Shown: positions 30,805 through 41,602 of the stretch, piece after piece
How the letters are laid out: the number at the start of each line of letters is the position of its first letter
How positions within the stretch are numbered: the first letter of the stretch is position 1
Origin: an uncultured Verrucomicrobiae bacterium
GTDB lineage: Bacteria; Verrucomicrobiota; Verrucomicrobiia; Chthoniobacterales; JAATET01
DNA: 64,000 nt
Direction: 5' to 3'
Assembly (NCBI GenBank): GCA_963803825.1
Contig: CAWDOJ010000003.1
Coordinates: forward strand, 327,507-391,506
Program-made: the position numbers and the translations under genes
Notes under the pieces: generated by a model
Told to the model about the DNA's origin: nothing
The model's database searches: none
What the model saw: the letters and a program-made list of their open reading frames with translations, nothing else

Positions 30805-31251
30805 CTAGGGGTTGGCTGCAGCGCCTTGTTCGGCTGTATTATTCCGCATACGCTGGATCAGGGAAATCATGACGAGACTGCATGTCGCTCCAGCGGTGCC
30901 GTAAAGTAAATCATAAAGCGTTTCTGACACGCTGTGTTGAATGTGTGTATCAGTGAATATATCAGATGCAAGCTCTCCAAATTCCCAAAACAGTGCTACC
31001 GTGCAGGCCGCGCAAAATGCAAATAGGTATCGTGTGATCGGCGTTACCGGACCAATAATGGAATGAGCCATTTTGATTGCCCGGAATAGAAATTACGCTA
31101 TTGCAAAGCCACCCGAGAAGTGAATGACGTGGTCAAGCTGTGCTCGTATCCCAAATACCATAGCCAGACCCCGAAGTAGGATTACCGAAATTGGCGCCCA
31201 TGCTGCATCTCGTAACAAGTGATATGCGAGATTTGCGAATCGACCGAGCAT
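30805..31251 (-). pseudogene. Copy of 61296-61742 with nonsense mutation
   Basis: TAT>TAA at 31093-31095. Confidence 0.9.
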
Positions 31252-31437
31252 CAGAGAAGCATTGTAGATTGGTTGGAGGCATTCACATTATATCATCCGC
31301 CGGAGGCTACTCATGAAGCCGAACGTCAAGCTCAGCCACCCTGAGCGGGTGACCGAGCCAACCCCTAGGTGAGCTGCCAATAGCGGGACCGAGCAACCCC
31401 AGCCAGCGAAGCGGCTAGGGGTTGGCTGCAGCGCCTT

Positions 31438-31830
31438 GTTAGACTCGTATTGCTTTTCTCCATTTCTGGATGTTCTGTCTTCTAAGAATAATTGTGTGAG
31501 GTGGAGCTGTCTCAGATGTGGCGATGGTGGAGGAGGTATGTCCAGGGAGCCAATGGCATTAGTCCTGATTAGCTGAATTACGCAAAATCGCTCGATAAGT
31601 TCGCGTGCTGCGCACAAAATATGAGTTCGTCTTCGGATCATTTTTAACGAGCCTTCTCGCTCCGCTCGACTTCGAAATCAAGCCGGCCAGTGAATTCATC
31701 CACCGGAGGTCTAGATATCGATACAAAACCCCCAGGCTCAGTTGCAAATGTTCGGCTTGGCAGAAGTGCTTCATGCATCTGATTATTTCATCCACCGGAG
31801 GTCTTCATGAATTCTGTATAAAAGTCTAAC
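31438..31830 (-). other. Gene-less cassette, family A copy 5
   Basis: 393 bp homolog. Confidence 0.8.
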
Positions 31831-31943
31831 GTCAAGCTCAGCCACCCTGAGCTTGTATAAGGATTTGGCAAACGGAACAACTGCCTGTAGAGGGTTCCTC
31901 AACCCCAGCCGCGATAGCGGCTAGGGGTTGGCTGCAGCGCCTT

Positions 31944-32218
31944 GTTCGGATCCGCCCGTCCGTGGTCCCAATCAGCATCTTATTCAAAGGCATTAAAAGT
32001 TTCATTGATTGGATTGATAGAAGCTGGCTTTGATAAATTGTGGGAGCGGGAACTCAGCTGGTTTCCGATGGCCACACCCTATCGTTCAGCTTGACTCCCG
32101 CATTCGCGGACCAATCTGGTTATGCGGCGAATGCGCATGCGCGACTCTAACAAAAGCAAATTGAAGGGCTGTTTGCTGTTTGGTGCGGATATTGCAGTCG
32201 ATGGGGAAAGGTCCGAAC
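31944..32218 (-). other. Gene-less cassette, family B copy 3
   Basis: 275 bp homolog. Confidence 0.8.
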
Positions 32219-32343
32219 GTCAAGCTCAGCCACCCTGAGCGGGTAACCGAGCCAACCCTGAGGTGAGCTGCCGATAGCGGGTTCGAGCAACCCCAGCCAG
32301 CGAAGCGGCTAGGGGTTGGCTGCAGCGCCTTGTTAGGCCCGCA

Positions 32344-32772
32344 CTAGCTCCAAGACACCTCAAATCTCACGTGGTCCATGTCTGGTGATACAATGACCTC
32401 GCCATATGAGGCTCCTTCACCTGTTCTTAAAATATATTGGGTTGATCGATCTGACCGAATTTCTGATTTACCCTTTGTAATACCGGTAGATTCCCCGAGC
32501 CACTTGGAAATAGCTTCAGGAGAATCATCAAACGAGCCTCGAAAAGTCCTTGTAAAAGCGGAACCCTCAGTTCGAATTACAAAATTTCGCGCAGTCTCTG
32601 GGAAAGGGGCTAGTTGTCCCCAGCGCAGAGACAAACCGATCATTTCGGCTCTTTTTGCTGGATTCGTGTTATCTCGTGAATTGGTAGGTGCGATATATAG
32701 AATCAGAAAAATACAGACCAATACCACGCCGACAAAGCTTCCGATTATGGCTTGGCGAATGTTAATTTTCAT
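32344..32772 (-). CDS. Membrane-anchored hypothetical protein
   Basis: Fills cassette; paralog at 12407. Confidence 0.85.
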   Translation of the reverse strand: MKINIRQAIIGSFVGVVLVCIFLILYIAPTNSRDNTNPAKRAEMIGLSLRWGQLAPFPETARNFVIRTEGSAFTRTFRGSFDDSPEAISKWLGESTGITKGKSEIRSDRSTQYILRTGEGASYGEVIVSPDMDHVRFEVSWS

Positions 32773-32868
32773 GGCCTAACGTCAAGCTCAGCCACCCTGA
32801 ACGGGCGTTGAGCCGCGCAACGCAGTTGCGTCACTCAGCGGATACAAGTTTGATGTGACTACAGGCGG

Positions 32869-33462
32869 CTAGGGGTTGGCTGCAGCGCCTTGTTGGGCTG
32901 CATTTTGCTCTCGATCAATTTCCTTTAGAGTTTGTGGATCAAAATTTCGAGATGGATAATTGTATAATCCGGACGACAACCCGACAATCTGATCTTCCCT
33001 GATTACAATCGAAGCCGTCGGGCCCGATTCTCGTGAAATGTCGGAATCGTATGGCCAAGAGCCGTGTCTAAACGTGACTAAGAAGTATGTTGGTAGATTT
33101 GGATCACCGTCTATCGAATTGATAGGATACATTGGATCATCTGGCGGGCCGACGAAGAACTGTAGTGAAGACAGATTGGGGCCGGGAAACAGTCCGAGAA
33201 CCTTCGGCGGAATGTCGATCATTGAGTCACCAAATTCTATCTTTAACGAAAGGAACTTAACGATATCGGCTATTCCGCCCTCAATTTCGCTGACTTTAAC
33301 TTTCTCTATCTCGGCCGAAGCAATGATTCGACCGGAATCGTATGGACTGGGAAGATTGAAACGTGTTTCGGAGTATAATGGTGCAGCAAAGGAATCTGAG
33401 CTTGCCGAAACTCGCGTGAGAAGAATCACGGCGAGAGCTAATTGTATGAATGTATTTTTCAT
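32869..33462 (-). CDS. Secreted hypothetical protein
   Basis: Signal peptide; fills cassette. Confidence 0.75.
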   Translation of the reverse strand: MKNTFIQLALAVILLTRVSASSDSFAAPLYSETRFNLPSPYDSGRIIASAEIEKVKVSEIEGGIADIVKFLSLKIEFGDSMIDIPPKVLGLFPGPNLSSLQFFVGPPDDPMYPINSIDGDPNLPTYFLVTFRHGSWPYDSDISRESGPTASIVIREDQIVGLSSGLYNYPSRNFDPQTLKEIDREQNAAQQGAAANP

Positions 33463-33559
33463 GCCCAACGTCAAGCTCAGCCACCCCGAACGGGGGACCG
33501 AACTCTCAGCTTGGTGTGATGGAAGGGACGGAAGTCAGAACAACAGCGCGGGGTCGCGG

Positions 33560-34138
33560 CTAGGGGTTTGCTGCAGCGCCTTGTTCGGTCTGTATTTCCC
33601 ACACCTCTCCAGTGATCCGAAGCATGTCTTCATGTATCTCTACATCATTCTTTATGAATGCGTTGGGAATGTGGTGCGAAAACGACATACCGATCTTGTG
33701 GAGGACTTTCCTGCTGGAATGATTCCATGTTGCGTGTGTTGCAGATATTTCGGTGGCGTGGAGATCACGGAATCCGACTGATAGGATGCACCTGCATGCT
33801 TCAGTCATATATCCGCGGTTTTGAAATAATGGATGAGTCCAGAATCCAATGTCCCAGACATCAGAATTCTGATTTCGGAGAGCAACTCGTCCGATGCGCT
33901 CTCCGCTGTCGAGGCCACAAATCGTAGATACGAAAGCAGTTCCTGAGTCCCATGCAATCTCGTTATTTTGGAAGGGTTTTAATAGCTCGTCCATCGAATC
34001 AGGCGGATCCCAGCGCATCCCATCGCAAAAGTTTGGATGACGACTAGCAGAAAATACAAATGGAATATCTTCTCTTGTAAACTTCCGCAGAACTAGGCGG
34101 TCGGTTAGCAAGATTGTGTCCGATGGAATTGTTTTCAT
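33560..34138 (-). CDS. GNAT acetyltransferase, RimJ/RimL type
   Basis: TDRLVLR..DIGFW.HP.FQNRGYMTEA..N.SSRKVL.KIG. Confidence 0.92.
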   Translation of the reverse strand: MKTIPSDTILLTDRLVLRKFTREDIPFVFSASRHPNFCDGMRWDPPDSMDELLKPFQNNEIAWDSGTAFVSTICGLDSGERIGRVALRNQNSDVWDIGFWTHPLFQNRGYMTEACRCILSVGFRDLHATEISATHATWNHSSRKVLHKIGMSFSHHIPNAFIKNDVEIHEDMLRITGEVWEIQTEQGAAANP

Positions 34139-34470
34139 GAGACCGAACGTCAAGCTCAGCCACCCTGAGCGGATAACCAAGCCAACCCCACGGTGAGCTG
34201 CCAGTGGCGGGACCGAGCAACCCCAGCCAGCGAAGTGGCTAGGGGTTGGCTGCAGCGCCTTGTTGGGCACTTTGGAAATCAGAAATTATCTTCCGCAGAA
34301 TATCTCTTCTCAAATTCATCGGCTGTAGCTCCGATCCCGGCAAACACATCCTTGAACGTCTCCGAATCGCAACTGTCCGGAACGAGAGCGGTAATGATAA
34401 GGCTGTATCCGTTCTTGTTGGATCTGATTATCGACCAGCGAGAGGTCTTCATTGACTCTGTAGAAACTAG

Positions 34471-35693
34471 GGAAGCGCTGAACAAAACCTCCGACTTGCT
34501 GGTTCTGCGATTTGGCAAAAAATCGCCTCTGGGCAGCGGTCAAAGTCCGGCAAGTGATGGGCTTGGAAGGCGCGAGGACGAATGAATGGAGCAGAGATGC
34601 GGGTCGCAGGCAGTCCAAACTCCGTTTTGAAACGAAGTTTAGAGGGCCGGGAAGGTGTGGCGGGTGCGACCGGCGATGACCAAGTTTGCTAAAGCGAAGA
34701 GGGAGTAGAGTTGGGCGGTATTCTTCTCCAAGCCTCGGTATCGAACCTTCCGGTATTTGAAGAGGTTTTTGATCACGTGAAAGGGGTGTTCGACCAAGGA
34801 CCGGACTTGGGCTTTGCGGCGCTCCCATTCCTTGAGAGCGTCTTTGTGGAGTCCCTCGGGCATGGCTTTGAGTTTTGAACGCTTGGCCGCCAGCAGCCAC
34901 TCGGTATCAGCGAGGTCTTGGTTCTCCGGACGCTTGTCAGCTCCCAGGTAAGCGGCATCTCCGTGGACGCGCTTTTCCTGGCCATGGAGCAGGGAGCGGG
35001 TCTGGCTGATATCAGACACGTTGGCTGCGCTGCCCACGACGTGATGGACGAGTCCGCGCTGAGCGTCGACTCCCACGTGGGCTTTCATGCCGAAATACCA
35101 CTGATTGCCCTTGCGGGTTTGATGCATGGCGGGATCACGCGCACCGGATCGGTTCTTCGTCGAGGACGGTGCCGCGATGATGGTCGCATCGATGATCGTG
35201 CCTTCCCGCAGACTGGATTGCCGGATTTGGAGGTGTTCACCGATCTGTTCGAAAATCGCTCGGGTCAGCTCGAAACGCTCGAGCAGATGCCGGAAATGCA
35301 GCAGCGTCGTCGCGTCGGGAACACTCTCACGACTCAGATCAATGCCCGCAAAGTTGCGCATCGCCTGACTGTCGTAGATGGCATCCTCCAGAGCCTCGTC
35401 GGCTAACCCATACCACTGCGAGAGAAAGTAGATCCGCAGCATTTTCTCAATCCCCATCGGGGGCCGACCGCGCTTGCCCTTGGGATAATGCGGCTCGATC
35501 AAGCCCACCAGCGCCGCCCACGGAACCACTTCCTCCATCTGGGCCAGAAACTTCTCCCGCCGCGTGACCTTCTTCTTGGCCGAATACTCCACCGCTCCAA
35601 AGCTCATCTGACTTTCCATTTCCTCTCTTTATCAAATCTACCCGATAATCGGGAGTGTAATGTGCTCACGTCTCGGGTTAAATCAGCGTTTCT
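34471..35693 (-). mobile_element. IS5-family IS, copy 2 (1223 bp)
   Basis: Same as copy 1; TSD CTAG. Confidence 0.95.
34639..35619 (-). CDS. IS5 family transposase
   Basis: Identical protein to 22980-23960. Confidence 0.95.
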   Translation of the reverse strand: MESQMSFGAVEYSAKKKVTRREKFLAQMEEVVPWAALVGLIEPHYPKGKRGRPPMGIEKMLRIYFLSQWYGLADEALEDAIYDSQAMRNFAGIDLSRESVPDATTLLHFRHLLERFELTRAIFEQIGEHLQIRQSSLREGTIIDATIIAAPSSTKNRSGARDPAMHQTRKGNQWYFGMKAHVGVDAQRGLVHHVVGSAANVSDISQTRSLLHGQEKRVHGDAAYLGADKRPENQDLADTEWLLAAKRSKLKAMPEGLHKDALKEWERRKAQVRSLVEHPFHVIKNLFKYRKVRYRGLEKNTAQLYSLFALANLVIAGRTRHTFPAL

Positions 35694-36386
35694 CTAGAGC
35701 ATCGACCAGAACCTTATCAGGGGGAGTTGATTCGGAGTTATACGCCATAGAATAGATTTGGCGGAGCCTGTAGTTTCCAACAGTAGAAGTTTTAGACTCA
35801 GACCATACCTCTTGGGTGCGGCCATCGTTGTCCATTCCAAATGTCACAGCAACTTTAAAGTCGGTTTCCTCGGAGTCCATAGGAATATTCTTAATTTGGT
35901 ATTTGAGACCTGTCGAATCCAAGAATTCAATGAACTCACTGTCCTGAGAGACGGCTCGACCTCTAATCATCTTGTCTATCAAAAATGTTTTGTGTTCGGC
36001 CTGGTTGTCGAGCCACGCAACGAAGCTTTTGTTGTCAAATTCGCGGATAAGAGCTTCCACGTATTTATCGTTAATTGGCATCTTGGCAAGTTGGTTGTAT
36101 TTGCGCTTAACATTTAGGCTGGGTGGATTCTCTTCGATTAGTAGCGGCTCGGCCATAACGATGGAGACGCAGGCGAACGCGCTGATCAGTGTCGCCACAC
36201 TCACGCATGGCTTGAGAAAATAGACGGGTGTCCTCATGGATGTTTTCATTGTATTTGCTTTTTTTTGCCCAACGTCAAGCTCAGCCACCCCGAGCGGGTA
36301 ATGAGCCAACCCTGAGGTGAGCTGCCGGTAGCGGGTCCGAGCAACCCCAGCCAGCGAAGCGGCTAGGGGTTGGCTGCAGCGCCTTG

Positions 36387-36824
36387 TTAGCCCTCATTGA
36401 GATTCACTGGAAGTCCTTTGGATTTGTATTGAAGTTCAGTATTCACAAAGTCTTCGATGTCCTCTTTCGTGGTCGAATCGAATGGCGGTTGAAGAAGATC
36501 GGAAAATTGATTTGTTAAGAGTTGCTTTTCTTGTGTTGTCCGTTCGAGCTTTTCTCCGTTTCTGGTATTTCTCCAAACGGAAATAGGATTGAAGTTGATG
36601 TTTGTGAACGAGTAGGAAATTCGGCCCATTGCACGGATCAATAATTCTGCGCGTTCGGAATTACCTCGGTCAAGATTTGCCGAAAGTCCATTTAGAAAAA
36701 AGAGATTTAGTTTTGCTGAGTCTCTACCTTCGTCAAGACGTCCCTTTGTATAAGACAGCCAGGAAGTCAGTGTTAAGAGAATAAGAAAAAGGCAAATAAT
36801 AAAAATATAGCGGTGTTTTTTCAT
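36387..36824 (-). CDS. Membrane-anchored hypothetical protein
   Basis: N-terminal TM. Confidence 0.75.
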   Translation of the reverse strand: MKKHRYIFIICLFLILLTLTSWLSYTKGRLDEGRDSAKLNLFFLNGLSANLDRGNSERAELLIRAMGRISYSFTNINFNPISVWRNTRNGEKLERTTQEKQLLTNQFSDLLQPPFDSTTKEDIEDFVNTELQYKSKGLPVNLNEG

Positions 36825-37049
36825 GAGATTTGCGGGGAATCGTATCTCTCTATAGTATTCGAATTGATTAAGCGGCCGTTCTCTTTACGTAGGGATGTGA
36901 AGTATCACAGTGATACAAATGGGCTAACGTCAAGCTCAGCCACCCCGAGCGGGCAATCGAGCCAACCCTGAGGTGAACTGCCAATAGCGGGACCTAGCAA
37001 CCCCAGCCAGCGAAGCGGCTAGGGGTTGGCTGCAGCGCCTTGTTCGATC

Positions 37050-37313
37050 TCAGGATCTAATTATTTTCTCGTATACTGAGTGAGGTCCTATCCAGAACCA
37101 TACATGTGTGTCATCTTGTAGGACGGCAACGGCTCGGTAGTTGAGGGTAACTCTCGCTGACCAGTATTTTGACCCGCCTAGCTTCTTGAATTGAAGAGAC
37201 GGGTGACGGGGATTGGCTTTCAGCTGATGATATGAATCATCAGCTGCTTTTTGAATGTCCCTCGGTAGTCCCGAGTAAAGCTTCCAGAACTTTGGAGACG
37301 CTTTGTGCTTCAC
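37050..37313 (-). CDS. RelE/ParE-superfamily toxin
   Basis: FWKLY..LP.DIQ..A..LK.NPRHPSLQFKK..WSARV..YRA..WFWIG.H. Confidence 0.88.
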   Translation of the reverse strand: MKHKASPKFWKLYSGLPRDIQKAADDSYHQLKANPRHPSLQFKKLGGSKYWSARVTLNYRAVAVLQDDTHVWFWIGPHSVYEKIIRS

Positions 37314-37510
37314 AAATCAGTACAACGGCCAGCCTTGAAATCAGCGATCGCCTCCGCTGCCAGGTCATCGAATCGTCCGGCTTCTGCGTCTCTAACCATC
37401 TGTTTATCCCAGAGATCGTTGTCATACTCGAAAATCCAGTTACGGAACTTGGAGTATTCCGCTTCAGGTAAACGGGTTACAGCAGACTCAATATCTTCAA
37501 CTGTTGCCAT
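37310..37510 (-). CDS. Cognate antitoxin
   Basis: TVEDIESAV..LP...WD.QM..DA.AGR.D.LA.EA; overlaps toxin start. Confidence 0.85.
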   Translation of the reverse strand: MATVEDIESAVTRLPEAEYSKFRNWIFEYDNDLWDKQMVRDAEAGRFDDLAAEAIADFKAGRCTDL

Positions 37511-37516
37511 AACGAG

Positions 37517-37545
37517 ACTGTAGATCAGGCGGAGAACGTGCTCAA
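37517..37545 (-). promoter_or_regulatory. Putative sigma70 promoter (leaderless)
   Basis: TTGAGC-17-TACAGT, 6 nt before ATG. Confidence 0.5.
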
Positions 37546-37652
37546 GCGCTTTTGGATCGAACGTCAAGCTCAGCCACCCCGAACGGGCGATCAAGCCAAC
37601 CCTGAGGTGAGCTGCCAGAAGAGGGACCGAGCAACCCCAGCCAGCGAAGCGG

Positions 37653-38093
37653 CTAGGGGTTGGCTGCAGCGCCTTGTTCGGTCTGTATGCCTTCACTATC
37701 ACAAGGGAAGACATCGAGGATGACGCCCCGCTTAGCTCGAAAGCTTGAATCAAGGTCCATCACGGAGTCTAACTCGACCTGAAATGAACCTTGTTCATGA
37801 AACTCTTCATTTGTTGAAAATCCCAATTCAAAGAGAAGATTCCCTGTTTCTGAACTTTTTAACGCTATCTCAGACAGCATATCGAAACGGAAATGAACCA
37901 AATGATGATTCTTCAGAATATAATATCCTCTTTCGTCAATTGCGGAAGTTATCTCCCAGACTTGGAGGATGAGGTCTATCCGTGAATCCATGGTTGTAAA
38001 AAAGTGAACAGGTGAATCGTGAAACTGCGGCCAATATCCAAACACGTCAGTCAACTTTGTGTGACCTTCGATGTAGGTTGGGACCAGACTCAT
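37653..38093 (-). CDS. Imm50-like immunity protein
   Basis: L..VFGYWP.FHD..V ... H.LV.FRF ... N.LFEL. Confidence 0.75.
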   Translation of the reverse strand: MSLVPTYIEGHTKLTDVFGYWPQFHDSPVHFFTTMDSRIDLILQVWEITSAIDERGYYILKNHHLVHFRFDMLSEIALKSSETGNLLFELGFSTNEEFHEQGSFQVELDSVMDLDSSFRAKRGVILDVFPCDSEGIQTEQGAAANP

Positions 38094-38198
38094 TTTGTAT
38101 AACCGAACGTCAAGCTCAGCCACCCTGAGCGGGCAATCAAGCCAACCCTGAGGTGAGCTGCCGGTATCGGGTCCGAGCAACCCCAGCCAGCGAAGCGG

Positions 38199-38603
38199 CT
38201 AGGGGTTGGCTGCAGCGCCTTGTTCGGCTGTATTCGCTTTTGGGAGGTCGAACGTGTCGAGCTGTGAAACTACGTGGTTCATGTCGGTGCGTATAACAAC
38301 ACCTATCCATCCCTTTTCGGCAACTGACCCAGTATCTTTGAGTATTTGAATGAAATACCAATAAGTAAAGCCAATTTGATTCGGATTCTTGATCTTAGGC
38401 TCATACAGAAGAGTGACTGAATCCGAGCTTCCCAAAATCTGCTTGACCTTGTCCGAGGTCATCCCGGAGGTAATAAGCTGATATCCCGAAATGATTTGTC
38501 TTTCTCTATCTTTTGTGGCTCGGTAGGGAAGGGGTGGCTGGCACGGCGCACTTGCGAGGCACGTAAACAAAATAGATAGCGTCGTAGAACGAAAATACTT
38601 CAT
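38199..38603 (-). CDS. Secreted protein, BamE/SmpA-like motif
   Basis: GMT.D.VKQILG.SD ... YWYF. Confidence 0.65.
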   Translation of the reverse strand: MKYFRSTTLSILFTCLASAPCQPPLPYRATKDRERQIISGYQLITSGMTSDKVKQILGSSDSVTLLYEPKIKNPNQIGFTYWYFIQILKDTGSVAEKGWIGVVIRTDMNHVVSQLDTFDLPKANTAEQGAAANP

Positions 38604-38865
38604 TAATATAAAATGTGGTTTGCAAGTCTTCCGCTGTGGATAACAGGTCGTCGCTTGTTTTAGTAAATTGAGTCAGGCGATCCATTAGAATGCATCAGCC
38701 AGCCGGATGATATTTCAATTAGCCGAACGTCAAGCTCAGCCACCCCGAACGGGTAATCGAGCCAACCCTGAGGTGAACTGCCAATAGCGTGACCGAGCAA
38801 CCCCAGCCAGCGAAGCGGCTAGGGGTTGGCTGCAGCGCCTTGTTAGCCCTGTATTGAATTTGTTC

Positions 38866-39228
38866 TTATATCGGGAGAATTCGAACACGAGTACGATCCG
38901 GAAGGATTGTAACGATGGCACCTTTTTCGAGTTGACCGGAAAATGAATTTATGACTGTTAGAAAGGCTGATCCGAGCGCTTCGGGAGTGATATCGTCAAC
39001 GCGTGCTTGAATGACGCTGGGCTTGTGGGCGTGGGAATGAGCAAGCAAGGTTCCGAAGTCGAGATCGTGCGTGAAAATCACGAGGTTCTCAGCTCGAGCA
39101 TCTTCGAAAATCAAATGGTCCTTCGCATTCCGTGGTCCCAGAGATGACCAGTGGACTGAATGAATCTTGTTTCGGTTGAAGAAAGGAATCCAGTCTTCGG
39201 ATAAGCACACGTCGACGAGAATCGTCAT
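38866..39228 (-). CDS. DUF5615 PIN-like toxin
   Basis: ILVD.CLS ... D..I...A..E..VI.T.D.DFG. Confidence 0.88.
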   Translation of the reverse strand: MTILVDVCLSEDWIPFFNRNKIHSVHWSSLGPRNAKDHLIFEDARAENLVIFTHDLDFGTLLAHSHAHKPSVIQARVDDITPEALGSAFLTVINSFSGQLEKGAIVTILPDRTRVRILPI

Positions 39229-39449
39229 GCAGCCTGTAGTTCTGCATCATAGGCCTCCGCGAGCCAGGTAGCGTATGAGAGCGCTGCGGAAATATCATCA
39301 GCTTCGAGAAAAGGATACATGCCAAGAACCTTGGCTCGGTCGTGACCAGCGGCAATTAACCCTGTTATCGTCCCGACAGTTATCCGCATGTCCCGAATAC
39401 AGGGCTTTCCTCCCATCAACGCTGGATCTCTTGTGATTCGCTCGTGCAT
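39225..39449 (-). CDS. DUF433 antitoxin
   Basis: RIT.DP..MGGKPCIR.MRITV..YP.L..DI.AAL.YA. Confidence 0.93.
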   Translation of the reverse strand: MHERITRDPALMGGKPCIRDMRITVGTITGLIAAGHDRAKVLGMYPFLEADDISAALSYATWLAEAYDAELQAA

Positions 39450-39454
39450 GCCGG

Positions 39455-39483
39455 AACGTAAAACATTGCCGACGGTGCGACAA
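39455..39483 (-). promoter_or_regulatory. Putative sigma70 promoter (leaderless)
   Basis: TTGTCG-17-TACGTT, 5 nt before ATG. Confidence 0.5.
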
Positions 39484-39615
39484 CAGCAATTTATGGGCTA
39501 ACGTCAAGCTCAGCCACCCTGAGCTTGGATAAGGATTTGGCGAACGGAACAACTGCTTGTAGAGGGTTCCTCAACCCCAGCCGCGATAGCGGCTAGGGGT
39601 TGGCTGCAGCGCCTT

Positions 39616-39890
39616 GTTCGGATCCGCCCGTCCGTGGTCCCGCTCAGCATCTTATTCGAAGGCATTAAATGTTTCATTGATTGAATTAATACAAGCTGGC
39701 TTTGATAACTTGCGGGTGCGGGAACTCATCTGGTTTTCGATGGCCACACCCTATCTTTCAGGCTGACTTCCGCATTCGCGGACGAATCTGTTTATGCGGC
39801 GAATGCGCATACGCGACTCTAACAAAAGCAAATTGAAGGGCTGTTTGCTATTCGGTGCGGATATTGCAGTCGATGGGGATAGGTCCGAAC
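39616..39890 (-). other. Gene-less cassette, family B copy 4
   Basis: 275 bp homolog. Confidence 0.8.
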
Positions 39891-40003
39891 GTCAAGCTCA
39901 GCCACCCTGAACGGGCGAACTGAGGCTACTGGTGATCAACTGCCGGTAAATGGTCCGCGCAACCCCAAGAGCGAAGCGGCTAGGGGTTGGCTGCAGCGCC
40001 TTG

Positions 40004-40471
40004 TTAGCCTGCATTCTTCAGTTTCGTATATTCGTCTGTATCCGACACATTATCTGAATGGTGTGTGGTCGAGCGAAAAGTGAATTTGCCGAAGATTGTG
40101 AACCATAGACATGGGAGTCCAATGATAAACATGGCCAATAATGAATTCTTTGGCAAAGCCTCTCCTCTCGGCTGATTCCAAACAAATGAATGGCCTGAAA
40201 AGAACCATTCATGGATGAAATAATATAGATAGAATGCCAAAACCAACGCAGTAACAAATCGTAATGAATAGTTTTGAATTGTTCCGCTAGACCAGAGTCC
40301 AATAAGAAAAGCTATTCCCAAAAGCTCAATGCTGGCCATCAAGATAACCGATTCGGGTGTCCACTTTGTGGAGCAAATCGGGAGGATGATCATCGTGAGA
40401 ACTACGAATGGAGAAATCACCCAACGAATATACGGCTTGTCGCTAAATAGAACGCTGCCGAAGGTGCTCAT
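40004..40471 (-). CDS. 4-TM membrane hypothetical protein
   Basis: Fills cassette. Confidence 0.75.
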   Translation of the reverse strand: MSTFGSVLFSDKPYIRWVISPFVVLTMIILPICSTKWTPESVILMASIELLGIAFLIGLWSSGTIQNYSLRFVTALVLAFYLYYFIHEWFFSGHSFVWNQPRGEALPKNSLLAMFIIGLPCLWFTIFGKFTFRSTTHHSDNVSDTDEYTKLKNAG

Positions 40472-40574
40472 AAAGTATAGGCTAACGTCAAGCTCAGCCA
40501 CCCCGAACGGGTGTTGAACTACGGGTTGTAATCTACTGGAGAAAGACCGTGGATGAAAGCTCGCAGTGCCGCGG

Positions 40575-40988
40575 CTAGGGGTTGGCTGCAGCGCCTTGTT
40601 CGGTCGTATTGGCTTCTGCAGTAGCTTCACCCACGAAGACCAAGCAGTCGTTTGGATCTGCAATATGGAATTCAGTCATTCCATATTCGCGATCAAATAG
40701 ATCTCTTATTTTGTAGTGATTTTTGAAATTCCGGACATGTTGCCAAAGAGAACGAATATCAGATACCTCGATATAGATTTCGGTGTGCCCTCTCACTGCA
40801 TTGAGAACTTCTTGGCCTGCGGCAGTCATGAAGTGAATCGTATGCCCATCTCGTTCCATAATGGAATAATCCGGCGATTCCATGTGAACCGAGAATCCTA
40901 GGATCTCTGAATAAAAATCGCATGTCTTACGCATGTCCGCGACCGCAAGCATTGGGCTGATCTGCTTGATTGTATGTAATAAGTGCAT
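40575..40988 (-). CDS. VOC/glyoxalase/bleomycin-resistance family protein
   Basis: P.L.V.D....DFY..ILGF ... YG.TEF.I.DP. Confidence 0.9.
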   Translation of the reverse strand: MHLLHTIKQISPMLAVADMRKTCDFYSEILGFSVHMESPDYSIMERDGHTIHFMTAAGQEVLNAVRGHTEIYIEVSDIRSLWQHVRNFKNHYKIRDLFDREYGMTEFHIADPNDCLVFVGEATAEANTTEQGAAANP

Positions 40989-41205
40989 TTTTATCAGGAC
41001 CGAACGTCAAGCTCAGCCACCCCGAACGGGCTAGCGAATCTGTCTGGTGGTCTTCTGGAAGTTGACCGTCCGCGCAACCCCGAGAGCGAAGCGGCTAGGG
41101 GTTGGCTGCAGCGCCTTGTTAGGGCTGTATTTCTTGTCGTATGCTGGAACACAGCTTCAGTGTATAGAAGAATAGGACAAATCTTTCATAAATCATGTTA
41201 TTGGC

Positions 41206-41472
41206 TCAGTCGGTAGAGAACGGATCGAGTCGTTCCGCTCTGTTGGTCCAGGACAAAAGGAAGTATCCGGCCACGAGAAACAGGAATGCTCTGATCCACT
41301 GATACGACATCACACCCTTGAATGTGTTGGGATCGTCGGTCTTATCCACCGTGATTGTTTGTATCGATCTGGTAGGAGACGCAGCCTCAGCTTTTCCTGA
41401 ATAGTGGTCATAGACGGCATCAACAAATAACCAGATCCCAAATCCGAGGATGAGATATGCAAAGAATTTCAT
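41206..41472 (-). CDS. Small 2-TM protein
   Basis: At cassette start. Confidence 0.7.
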   Translation of the reverse strand: MKFFAYLILGFGIWLFVDAVYDHYSGKAEAASPTRSIQTITVDKTDDPNTFKGVMSYQWIRAFLFLVAGYFLLSWTNRAERLDPFSTD

Positions 41473-41602
41473 TTGTATAGAGCCCTAACGTCAAGCTCAG
41501 CCACCCTGAACGGGCGAGCGAGTTTGTCTGGTGATCTTCTGGAAGTTGACGGTCCGCGCAACCCCAAGAGCGAAGCGGCTAGGGGTTGGCTGCAGCGCCT
41601 TG

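Larger units (their letters stand above)
34279..36249 (-). pseudogene. Secreted hypothetical protein interrupted by IS5
   Basis: ORF halves on either side of IS. Confidence 0.8.
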
